From assembly GCA_000708835.1 (NCBI GenBank), contig DF236977.1, forward strand, positions 248,001 to 312,000: 64,000 nucleotides of DNA, given 5' to 3'. This DNA comes from Klebsormidium nitens (lineage: Eukaryota > Plantae > Klebsormidiophyceae). Below are positions 37,501 through 49,159 of this stretch, one piece after another; the stretch's first letter is position 1; every line of letters starts with the position of its first letter. The translations under genes and the position numbers were made by a program. The notes below the pieces were generated by a model. That model saw nothing but the letters and a program-made list of their open reading frames with translations. It ran no database searches and was not told the origin of the DNA.

Positions 37501-38454
37501 TTTCTCTAGGTCAATCCCGAAGAATGGCCTAAGCCTCCTGGTTTGCAAGCCCCCAGACGGAGCCACCTCTACTCTCTCCTCCACTAATCTGGCAATTCCT
37601 GCTTGCGGAACCAATACCACACTTGGCAGTTCCGGCTCCCCCTGCTGTGCCCCTTGGGGGCACCTGAGCCGCTCATTCGACCATTCTGGGTGGGCTCTAC
37701 TCTTCCTACCAGCGCCTGGCGCACCCGGGCGACGGGCACCACCCTGTGGCGGAAGTGCCCTGAGGAGGTGCGCTGCGGCACCGCCAGGCTCTGCTGCCGC
37801 AAGTAGCACAAGAAGAGCGGGGTCCGGCCAAGACCCAGGGGGCGTGCTCTGTAGCAGCTGGCAGGCAATCTGCCACCCTGGGTGATTGACCACCGCGTCA
37901 GGGACCTGGGAAGGGGCCCTTGCAGGGGGGAAGAGTGCGGCGGTCTGAGGTGGGGGCTGGTCCTGGGGGGCTGGAGCTAGGGGGCCCTGACTGGCAGCCT
38001 GGTGCAGTGTAAAGCCAAGCGATTCAGGGTGTGGTGGTGGTGCGCTTGGTCTTGCCTGGCCTGCACTTCTGGGAGCCCCCAAGTGCAGGCCCTGCACCTG
38101 GTTCGCCAGGTGCTGCTCTGTGTAAGCGGCGTGTGCCCTGACAACACCTTCTGGCGTCTGGAGGCTTTCCACATGCCCTTGTCTTGAAGGCTGCCCCTCC
38201 GCTGCTTGCTCAGTGGAGGGGCCCCTAGGGCCGCTCTCCTCCGTGTTGGACCCAGTAGGTGAACTGGGGGCCTGGTCTTTGCCCAGCTCGGAGTCTGGGC
38301 TCTTGCGCCTTCCTGCGGCCTTCTCCGCTTCGCTTTCCAGAGATTCCTTAACGTCATCTTCCTGCAAATCCTGGGAGCCACGGTCGCATTGCGGCACGCC
38401 ATGGTCTCCATGAACCGCCGCCGCGGTTTGCCCAGAGCCAGCTTGCGGCTTCAT
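34529..38454 (-). CDS. Large low-complexity protein with one plant-type (QALGGH) C2H2 zinc finger, ~930 aa; putative transcription factor
   Basis: The finger YQCKLCGEVFAYSQALGGHMRSHK lies in exon 35881-35704 (not in the ORF track frame). Phase-consistent model: 38454-36715 (donor GTGAGC), 36206-36146, 35881-35704, 35342-34529; an alternative donor at 34625 could add a last exon near 34400. The finger is certain; joining it to the 586-aa ORF is inference, and a short gene starting at ATG 36164 is the alternative. Confidence 0.7.
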
Positions 38455-40058
38455 GCAGGCTGCTTACTTGACGTCCGAGTTGCAGCATGTTTCTATGTCA
38501 AGGGTAAGCAAAGTAGTGACGTTGAACGAGCTTTCGTCGAGCCGAGAAAAGCCTGGCCCCTCCGCTTCTTCCTCCTGCCTGCGCAGGGCTACAAAAGCCT
38601 GAACCAGTTGTGTGGGAGAGAACTTCTTTGACAATTCTGTTGAGTGGAAGTCTTGTTCTCGAGCATCCAAACGTGGCGCAAAGGTGCGAAGCGACGACAG
38701 TCCTGACAGGCTCACTGCCAAGCTAGGGGCAAGCCGCAAGCTGCAAGACAGAATCAGAAGATCGGATACTCCACCCCCACATGTGAGCCGGAGCTGGCCG
38801 CCTTGCTACCGTCATGAGTGCATGCACTCATTCTGTCTGTTTTCAGTCGCGTGCTCCGTTTGCGAACGGTCCTGAATATCGTCAGTGGGCGGTGCTGAGC
38901 TGGCTGAGTTGCATGGCAACTTCCGCTCTCTTTTGCGACATTGGACGGTGGACGTCTTTGCCATGTGGCGTATTGCATGTGGCCGCGTCATATGTCAACT
39001 CGAGAACTGCTTCTTGAAAGCTCTAAAGACTTCACGTGATAACTTCAAGACCGTTCGCTCATGATTGGAGATCATTAATATCGTTCGAACAGCACTGGAA
39101 ATGACGCCACGCATGATTGAGCGGGCTTGCCCGAGCTCCACGTAGCAAGTTATAGGTTTGTACTCGATCGACTTTCAAGACCGCGAATCGATTTTGATCG
39201 ATCTGAGCGCCGATCGGCATTCGACTTGGGCAGGCCCGAGCTGACAGCTAGACTCGCAGCCTGAGGGCCTAGCTGAGCAGCATGAGCCGCCCCTAAGACA
39301 CCTATGGCTTCAGCAGGGCTCGTCAATGGCGGCCGTCGGGTAGGGGTCAACGGGTATCTTGTGACTCTGGTCCGATGCACCAACTACCTACCAGCTGCTC
39401 GTGGTAGTAGGCGTGTGTAGAAGCGACATGAGCATCAAACCGATTAAGTATGAAAAGCATAAGAACGTAGCATGTGACATGCGAAGGTTGAAGAGAATTA
39501 CCATCATTGAGTAGCATTATAGATCGCTTTGAATCAATTCAAGTGTCAACAAGAGAGCAAGAGGGGCGGCACATAATCTGAGAGCTCAACCAGAGGAAAC
39601 GAGTTGTAGATTGTTAGCCTTAAATTAGCTCGCAATGCCAAGAAGAGCTCCACCAGTGACGAGGGGGCCCGAGCAGGGTGTTACTTCGAATCAGAAATTT
39701 GCTCACTAGTTTACAATATATCACCCCTTTTGCCGGTGCATCAGATCTTGAAGGTGGGCTCAGATGTATTACTTGATTGACAAATCAGAGATGCATACGT
39801 GAACCCAGTTCTGTTAATTGGAACTATAGTATGCGTTCTTTTGCAGTGTAAAAGAACGCAAGGTTTTCGTTCGTGCGTTGATGCACATCCCATATGCATT
39901 AAGCCGGTATTAACACAAGAAGTGCGGGTACAAAAAATGGACAACAACGCCATGTACGGAGCGAAGTGGTGCAGCATCCAACGCGTTCTTTGGGATCGAA
40001 CCGCAAAAGAAAAGTTGCAATAAGCAAAAGTTTGACGCAAAACATCTGGATTTCGGCG

Positions 40059-42977
40059 TCACGCCGAAACACGAAGTTTATGCAGAAGTTGTTGCAGATG
40101 CTCGTCCTCCGGGTTGACAAGGAGCAAAGCAGCATAATCCGCAGCTGCTGCTTCCGGCTTTCCAATGAGCACCAAGCTGTCTGCTCTTTGGCGGCAAGCT
40201 TTTGTGCACGAAGAATCAAGCTCGAGCGCCATGGTGCACGCCTGGACAGCTGGTTCATGCCTGCAAGCCGGATAGGAAAGTTAGGGGGAGGGAGTTCACG
40301 GACGAGTTTTTAACCGATACGCGCAGGACCTCAGGTTCCAACATGAAACCCATGAATGCACAAGGTTGCAAAATGTGTTGGTTGCTGCTTCTTCGGGTAC
40401 ATTCGCTAGATAAGATTGAAAAGATTGTATCCAATAGAGGCAGTCAATTTCTAAGATCCTAAGTGGCCTCGAAGAGCAAAAGAGTCTCTTGTAACATTGC
40501 ATGCGAGACTGCGGCTGCACAGTCCTTTTAATATCGATGCACAATCCTTTTAACATCGACAGGCTGTGGTAGCGGCCCACCTTCCGAGTGCTGCAAGCGC
40601 CATGCCCTTGTTGCAGTGCAGAGTCGCACACTCGTTAAGCACTCTGAGCCCGCTCTCATACGCTCGCAACGCCCCAGCAAAGTTGCGCTTCCGGTACAGC
40701 TCGTTTCCCCGCGCGCGGTGGCGGGCCCCCAGCTTCAGCCGCGCTAGCTCCTCGACAATGCCATCCACCTCTGGCAGCTCGGTACGCCCCGCATCCCCAG
40801 CGGCTTGGCCTGTTCCCACACACTCTGCGGCCTGCTCGAGGCTCACCTCTGCCGCGTCGAGCTCACCCAAGACCACCTGGGCGCGGGCCTGCAGCAAGCA
40901 GACAAAGAGAGGACCAGCTCACAATCCGTCGGGCAACTTCTCCAAAGGTTGTCGTATAGAAACCAAGTAGAGTGCAAGGTCTGGCAGATAAGTAGGACCA
41001 GAATTCGACGACTGCAACTGCCCGAACTTTGAGAAAATGACAACCGAGTTCAACGTGCTCAATATCCTGTCAATGGAAGTCTGATCGTTTTCGTCTTGTT
41101 GTTCTCAGGATTTGGCTACTGGAGTGTGTTTCACACTCGTCCATGGAAGCATCCCTAGTAGCTGCCAGGCCTGTAGTGACATACAAAGGCTTTTAGGTCA
41201 ACAAAAAGCTCCTCCATATGCAAAGTGGCAGCTCCAGGAAGAAATTCGGAAAACCGACAGTTTGCTAACTCTTCTCACTCTTCGAAGCAACGCGTCAGCC
41301 TGGCAAGAGCCCGACCGACTCAGTAGCTCGACTGGTGGCCCCGCGCCTCCGGGCCCCCGTTCCACTTGCTGTACCGACTCCCGCTCACCGCTAGAGGCCC
41401 TCCCTGGCTGTGGTAGTCTGCCGTTTGTTGATGACTCTGCCTGCTCGGCCCGAGTTGTGCTCGTTGATCGGACGTCCTCCTGATCAGACTGAACTTGAGC
41501 GCTCCCAAGTCCCTCCCGCTGCTGAGCCTCTACAGGCTCTGCCGTACTGTCACCTCTTTGATCTACCTCTGGCTCTTCCCCTCTCCCTTCCGTTGATCCC
41601 GGGCCTGTTGCTACAGTCACACCCTTGTGCTGACCGGCCTTCTGCCTCTTCTGCGCCTCTGCAGCCAACGTCAACAGATCCGGGAAAAGGTTGCGCAGCA
41701 CGGGCCGTTCCTGGATGTACTGCAGAGACGAGGCAGCGATCTGGTGCTTTTCGACCTCCTGCACAATAAAACACGCATAACCAAGCTGGTCAGGTAATCA
41801 AGGGTGAGGCTTCAGAGCATTTGTGAACATGTGGGGAATCCCATCGACCAGACTAAGGACTGTGGTGCGAGAAAGCACCATAACATCGCAACATCGTGTT
41901 TGCCCTGCTGTGCTCACAGTGATATTACACTTTTGCTTCTTGTTGCTTGGAGGGCGAGTCTTACTGAGGTCTCAATGGAGCCCGTCGTCGCAGTGTCCTC
42001 CAACATAAAAGACAGCAGCCCGGTGCAAACTGTGCTCACGGACCACATTGGGTTCCACAGCTCTGCACAAAGACATGGGGGTTTGGCACCTTGCGCATGG
42101 ACGAAGCGTAGGATGTGTTGGGGACGATGTGGGGCAAAGCAAAGAGAGCAAGTACCAGTGGATTTTGACTTTCAAAAGCAGCTCTTCTTGGAAGAGTAGG
42201 TTTGAAAGTGAGTAGGCATAAGGCCCCCGAATTTCGATAGCAAGACTTTTCAGTCCAAGTGCCTTAATAGCATGACGGCAGTGGGGCTGCAAATCACCTG
42301 GGTGGAAGTCAGACATGGAGAGGCAGAGACGTGTGCTGGTCTTGAACCTGCCCGTGGGGGTCACCACCGAGATGGCAGGTGGGGCAAACGGGTAGTCAGG
42401 CTCAAAGCGTAACTTTCCAATGTACCTGTGCAGACAAGCATGGAAAAGTTCCGACACTGTTTTTGGATGCTGAAGCCACCTTAGACTGCAATCAGGATTT
42501 GAAGGGGGCGCAGCTCCTGATGTTGATTCTGGACTCTGATTTGCTTGAGCAGCCCCCAATGGCCTCTGAGAGAGGAGATGAGATTGAGGTATGTGCTTCT
42601 TACCAGCCTCCGTCGTATGGGGTTTGCGGTGGCCCTTCGACAAGGAAGTGCCATGTCAGCATGTCGCTCTCATTTACCGCAATCTGAAGAATCAAGAGAG
42701 CACAAAAGAAGTAAGAACACAGGCCCTGATCACAAACACACAACAAAGCAGAAGCTGATGGCTTGCCACAATCAAACTTCATTTCATTGTTGCTCTGATC
42801 TTGCTGAGATCAGCTCGACCTACCAAACTCCATCAGAAAGTGCAGTACAGATTCGATGAGTCAAATCAGCAATCAAAAAGAGGACTGCACCCGCACCGCT
42901 GGAATGTATGGCGGCGGCTCCTTCATAAATGCAGTCATCTCCTTCTTCAGGCGCACTAAACAGCCCTTTCTGGCCAT
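40059..42977 (-). CDS. Ubc6/UBE2J-type ubiquitin-conjugating enzyme E2 fused to C-terminal TPR repeats, ~458 aa
   Basis: Exons: 42977-42897, 42683-42604, 42425-42298, 42062-41965, 41758-41279, 40888-40581, 40260-40059 (1377 nt, in frame). E2 motifs MARKGCLVRLKKE, WHFLVEGPPQTPYDGGWY, DYPFAPPAI..TPTGRF..RLCLSMSDFHP (catalytic Cys), WNPMWSVST..GLLSFM. TPR motifs ADALLRR|ARAQVVLGELDAAE, RARGNELYRKRNFAGALRAY, LHCNKGMALAALGR|HEPAVQAC..ALELD, KACRQRADSL. Confidence 0.87.
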
Positions 42978-44032
42978 TTTGAACTGTTGTTTTAGAACGC
43001 TAGCTTCGAGTCAGATCAGTGATGCCAATCTGGGGGTCTGGCTCCGCTTTCTGCCCCTTCAATCGAGCCTTTACTGTCAGTTTGCTGGAAGTGGAACTTG
43101 GAAGATTGAAAGACGTTCTTTGTCTGAACATCTTCTCGGTAACCCGAACGACTTTATGTAACCCAAAGTCGCCCGGAGGCTGACTGAGAACTAGGGACAA
43201 CAAACCGGTTGAAAAATTCGTCGAACAGGGTTCCAGCCATTTGGGCTGCACCAGCATTCGGTACTAAATGCTTGGCGCGGTCACCCCGAAGCTGTCTTTT
43301 GTCATCACCCGCAGTGAGGCTAGCAGTAAAGGCGCCGGCATCGGCCGGTGTCGCGCGAATTTAATTCAAGATCGAATGTCGCGCGCGGCCGCGTCGGCGG
43401 CGAACAACTAGCCGTGCGAGGAAAAAACAGAAGGCAGCTGGGGGCCTGACGAACGACCGTAACGCTAGTGCAGGCCCAAGAAGAGCTGGATGGAGGGCTA
43501 CGACGCGAGTCCGATAGAGCAGGGAGTATGGGAAGCCGAAGGCGACTGGGCTGAGGCGAGCAGGTAAGTTGAAAGAATTTTGAAGTATACAAGGGTGGGC
43601 CAGGGTGGGAAGCGCAAAATTCTTCCTAAGCGGGCGCCATGGCGCCCTTCGAAAGCTCTTCCGAAAATGCACAGGACCACTGCGGGGTCTCATGCATTTT
43701 TGTGCCGAAAGTTCGGTAGTTCGCAACCGTCCGATTCGAGGTATCGTAATCGGACCAATCAAAAAGTTGTCCACTATCTCGGTGACTGAGGCCTGCGAAG
43801 ACCTGCTCAAGAGTCTGCTGTTCTCAGAGGACCTCGACCTACGGCTAACCCAAATCCTTCCAGCACTTGTTCCTGTTCCCCTCTCACAAGCCAGGTTGAA
43901 AATGCCCATCGACGGCATTGCATCGCCATTGGCCCACTGGCATTGAGGGCATCAATTGGCATTCGACCATTGTGAGTGCTCCAATTTCAAAGGAAGCAAC
44001 CATGCTTCGTTATTGCATCGACTCTTTGTGAG

Positions 44033-46323
44033 ATGTCGGTCTCCGCAACGGCAGTGCGCCCATTCTTGTCCAGCACCCCCGATTGTCAAGTCAGCGCCTG
44101 CCGTCGCTGGGGATCCTTCATCGGCACCGTAATCTGTAAAACCCGCTGGAATCCACCACTTCCTTTACTGACTAGCTACATTCAATCGGGGCTGAACTTT
44201 CGGAGTGCTGCACCGCGAGCTGGTCCATTGACACAGCATCATCCGTGGGCCTGCAAAGTCCCATGCCAGCAGAGCAGGTTTATATGCAGCATGGCCCTTG
44301 GAGAAAAGTCTGATGGAAGTGGTGGTGCAGACGTCAGCACGAGCGCCCCCCATGGGGACACATTCTTTCTGGACGACTTTGCCCAGAGGCAATGGGATGA
44401 TCCAGATTACAGTGGCACACGCATGAGGTAAGGCCCAGACACCGACTAGGTCAAATTTTGGTGGTGGTACACAGTGCGCGCAAGCCCGCGCAAGCGAGCA
44501 GAACATGCAATGGTATGGCTGAAAATCAATCTGCAGCAAAGACATAGCTAAAAGTCCTTGACTTCCTTCTGTCAACTTTATTGCTGATGTCTACTGGAAA
44601 CAATGCCTTGAGTGCGTTAGTTCAATGCTCCATGTGCTACGTCCATCCTTTCTCTTGCGATTCTGACGCCCTCATTGCATACTTATCTGAGCAGATGCTG
44701 TGAAGATCTAAACGCCATTGGCTGGCTCATTGCAGTTCCAACAAAGCGGACTTTGTGCGCACGGTTGAAGAAGTATACGAGGACGGGGCCAAGCTGGTTG
44801 ATGGCTATGCAGGTGAGCCCAGCAGGCACAGCAGGGGAGAGTCTGCACAACCAGCACTCATGTGGTCAGGAAATGCCATTTGGCCCTCCGAGAGAACTCT
44901 GGGTTAAGCGCACTGACAGTCTCTTTGATCGGCAGAACTGCTGATTTTGCGCCCTCAGGCTTCTCAAACACATACCTCTCGTTCCAGATTTCTGCAAGCA
45001 CCTCTTCATTCCAAATTTTGTTGGGGCACATGCCGGGCACCTCCACATTGACAGGACCAACGAAGGCCTGCTTAGGTCGGGCTACAAAGCCCGGTCAGCC
45101 TCTGAGTTGCCTGTGAGTCTACCCAGATTCGCAGCACCATGCGAAATTTTTATGTCATCTTCTTCCTCACTTTCATTCCTCGGTAGGTCTCTGTGCCCAT
45201 TTGAAAGATTTTTACTCACCATCCGATTCCGGAAATGCACAGTTGCAGTGACAGGGTGATCAGCCCCTCGTTCCTTTGACCTACTGTTCTGCCTTGTGTC
45301 CATGACCAGGTCCTCTCCAGATGGTTCCCATCTGACCAGGTGAAAGGGCATGAGACAAAGGTGAGCCCAGACCCCTTCATGTACTATCGGACCACATATC
45401 CCAGAGGTCCAAGCAACCTGCTTCTGGGGCGCTTTGTTTAGAACAGTATCTGCAACAGATTCTCGAACGGTTTCCTGTTTCCAGCAACCACAGCTTTGCC
45501 CTACTGCACTTGACTTTTTTTTTCCCTTTGTTCCTTCAGATGCTCGACATTATTCTCTACTCGCGCAGCCAGCTGCTGCTCGAGCAGAAGGCCACCGCCG
45601 CTAGGAAGGGCCTCAAAGAGAAGGACCTGCCCCCGCTGCCAGATGCTCCCTGGGGAATCATCTCCATCAAGGTCAGCCACCCATGCGACTGAATGAAAGC
45701 GGGGACAGTACGAAAACTGTAGCCATACGCTAAATTGCGTGACTTGCATCCGTGTACCTTCACAGTCATCTCCTCCTTCTAAGTGAAGGCTCCGCAGTGG
45801 GTCCCACTATTATCAATCAGCAGGTTTCCGTTTCGATCTTAGACATGCTTGGCTTTTGCTCTTAGGCTTCGATTGGCTGAAGGGCAACTTACGAGGCAAC
45901 TTACGAGCAATTACAATACTTGTTCCGCACACTCTCAGTTTGTCAACCCTAGTAGGATTTAATTGGCTCCGATAGGGGCCTGGGAAGCACACTTATAAGG
46001 TCGGTATCGATCATCAATGTGGCGCCTTGGTTGACTCAGTCTAAGGAGATCTCTCAATGCACATGACTTGCAGTAAGACGCTTACTCCATACACTGCATA
46101 ACTTTGGGCACTGAACCTAATATGTGAGAAAGGTTGTGTTGATCGAACATGTCCGGCTCTCTACACGCAGGCTCAGGACGAAGACTTCGAGCTGCCCATG
46201 TCGCCCATCACAATCATGCGCAACGCGCTGGGGGCTGAAGAGGGGGGCAGCGGCGTACCGTTGGATCGTGAGGCTTACCTTGCATCGGTCAAGTACTGGG
46301 ATCAGCATGCGATGATTCAATAA
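44033..46323 (+). CDS. DUF3228-like conserved protein with an N-terminal organelle transit-peptide-like extension, ~310 aa
   Basis: Exons: 44033-44427, 44736-44812, 44988-45112, 45310-45360, 45540-45671, 46171-46323 (933 nt, in frame). Motifs recognised as DUF3228: LVDGYA|DFCKHLFIPNF, LLRSGYKAR..ELP|VLSRWF, LDIILYSR, WGIISIK|AQ, PITIMRNALG.EEGGSGVPLDREAY. Confidence 0.85.
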
Positions 46324-47083
46324 TGGTATGCAAAGACGACAGATCCGACATGATCTACATCTGACATTTTAGACTGGATTTGACGCTTCAAGACTTAACT
46401 GCACCGGGTGGATGTGTGAATCACGGAAAGCATCCACATCAAGCCTAGAGTAATTTGCATGTGTTCCAATTACGAGCAGACGGATTGATGGACCATTGTC
46501 ATTCCGGGGGCCATTGTGGGTTGAGAATCAAGTGCATAGTTTGCAATTTGCAACGCTCTGGCCCAGTCATCAATCATGATTGACCTAGCTCGTGACATGG
46601 GTCGGATTATCTGAGGCCGAGTGTTATATCAAAGAAATAAGCATATGTACGATAAGAGTCAGTGCATGTATGTACACCGTGTACGTACCCTACAACATGC
46701 CGCCGCGTGGGTGTGCACGTAATCTAAGCCTGCTTGCAAACGATCAGGCTGTAAAACGGACTGCACATGCATGACACCTCGAGATTTTGGATGGCGCCTG
46801 CCCATACAATGGTATACTGCCGCAAATGTAACAATTAGGCGCGACTGCATCAGGGTGCCATGGCAGGTATAGCATGATGCTTTAATTTGGCGCAGTGCGA
46901 GGGTCTGCATGTATCTAGGTCCAGGCCACCAGCAGGTGCAGCCCATCATCATACGACAAAAGCGTGCCATTTATGAAAGCGCCACATGCTTGTATGTAGA
47001 ACTTGCCCTGATGAAAACCACCCTGCATGCTCAGCCAAACAGCAGAACTGCATAGATCGCTTTGCAGCACGTTTTTGGTCGTG

Positions 47084-49159
47084 TTAAAGCAGATCCTCTA
47101 AAGCAACGGAGCCCCCTTTTCCGCGCTTCAACCCCGATTGTTTACTCTCTGTTTCTAAGCCCTCTTCTTTGCGGGGTCTTACCTCGGTCGCTTGTACCGC
47201 TTGCACTGCATCCCCCGCTGGACCATCGAAGCTGGTCCCCAAGTATGACGAAGCAATCTTCTGGGCTTGTGCAAGATCTTTTGCAGGCACTGACTCAACC
47301 AACTTGCTGAGATCGCTTCGAAAGTCTGCTACACTTCGCTCAAGTGCAACTTTGTCTACTTTCTCCGCTGACGTCCTGCTCGCATCCAAGAGTCGTGCAT
47401 CTAGGTTCTCAAGAGACATTAGACTGCTGTCTGCAACGATGCCCACGTTTGCTCCCCAGCCATCTTCAGAAGAATATTGTGTGATCTGGGAGGAACGTTT
47501 TACAAAGAGCGAGGTGTCAGAAGGCTGCACTAGAGGTAAACAGAAAAGTCTATGAAAGTCACGCGCACCCTAAGTTGCCACACAGCGAGCTTTGGGAGGG
47601 TTCCAGTGGACTCATAAAGACATACGACGAGAATCACAATGTGTTAAGCGAGAATTCAATGGGCGACTTCAAGTCGCACCACTCTGGTTGTTGGCGGACA
47701 GCCATCATGAGCATGTTACGCTTCCCGATTGCAAGCAGGTTCAAGGACGGGCCACATATTCCAGCAAAGTCTGAATTGGGCAGTGCTACGTATATGGAGT
47801 TGTGGGTTGTAGACGATTCTACGAGCAGCGGCCTTTTCTGACATTTGGATCGCAGGTGGGCCTCACCGCTCGCAGGTCTGTCCTGAAAGATGCAAATGCT
47901 CCTGACCGCAACCGCTGCCGCAATGCAGGATAGTCTGGCGCATCACCAGCAATAGAGTCTCCTGCAAGGATCTGGTGAATTTGGCATCCGATGGGATGAG
48001 AAGAGTAGCCCCCAAGATTTTGGGGGAAAGACTCACCATGTAACACACATGCATAAGCAGACCTATCAGCAGCCTCCAACAGTCTGAGATACATACAATG
48101 GTGGCTTGATCGACCTAATCCGCATATTCTTGTTTCCCAAAAACTTAGGTCGCTGCCAGCACGGGCATATTGTTGCTGCAACGAAAAAAATCTCATTGCA
48201 TTGGAGCCCAGCTGATTGTCTCCTTGCCCACAGCCCAGCTGATTGTCTCCTTGCCCACAGCTCTGATGGTGAAAGAGAGGTGCAGCTTACCCAGCTTTTG
48301 TAGTTGTGCATCCGACAGCAGGATCTGTGACAGGTATGAATCCAGCGGCTCCAGCTTTTTTCTCTTGATGTAGCGACTCAATGCTCCGTTTAAAAGCCCG
48401 TTCTGATCCCCTTTACCCTTTTGCACCTCAAGCCCTGCAAAGATAAGTTGTAGACATCCGAGTTACATGGCATTGTCTTTCAAGCAGCACCTAGTCTTCC
48501 TCTCATCCTTGCTCACAATTCCAGCCTACAGTTCCAGCTCTGGAAGCACCGGCGCCAGCAATGATGCACGGGCAGCCAAGCACGAGGACGTTGGTGTCAC
48601 CCTCACCATGAGCTGGCAGCACTGGCAGTGCTAGGAATGGAAACGCCGCAATTAGCATTGCCTCCCTCCTTGTCCTTGCCGCACTTGACTTCCCCCGATT
48701 CTGACTGTCCATGCATTCTCCCTCCTCCGTACAGACGGACCTAACATGGATTTTTCTTTGGAGGCCACAGACCCTGATCGGCGGCACTCTTAGCCAGCAT
48801 TCGCAGCAGTGGCTTCTCTGCCCCATGGCGGGAAGCACACCCAACAACGGGCTCCCAAGCCAGCTCTGCACCGGAGCACCTATTGCAGCCTTCCGAACCG
48901 CAGCAACCCCAGTGGTGGCATTCCTGGTCACGGCATTCGCAATGGCCGGGCACATTGTGTACGCAGACGCCGCAACCACCATGTTCATCAAAGATCTTGT
49001 GGATAACCTCTTCTGAAGCCAGCTCAACGGCGCTTCTTTGCTAGTCGCCTTCTCGTACTTTTGATCCGAGTCAAAGTGCCCTTTGTCCTGGCACCGCCTG
49101 CGGTCCCACCTGCGCTCTTGGCCAGGCTTGCAAGCTTGCCGCTGCAGGCTGAACCTCAT
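47084..49159 (-). CDS. Conserved plant plastid-targeted protein of unknown function
   Basis: Exons 49159-48601, 48434-48291, 47961-47867, 47485-47084 (or donor at 47183); phases consistent. The N-terminus ends in a thylakoid-signal-like segment (RTRREAMLIAAFPFLALPVLPAHG). The core RYIKRKKLEPLDSYL, LRQRLRSGAFASFRTDLRA|ITQYSS, LENLDARLLDASR resembles a land-plant chloroplast protein family as I recall it. The 5' and 3' ends are uncertain. Confidence 0.68.
48207..48260. repeat. Perfect intronic tandem duplication, 2 x 27 bp
   Basis: cccagctgattgtctccttgcccacag at 48207-48233 and 48234-48260. Confidence 0.9.
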
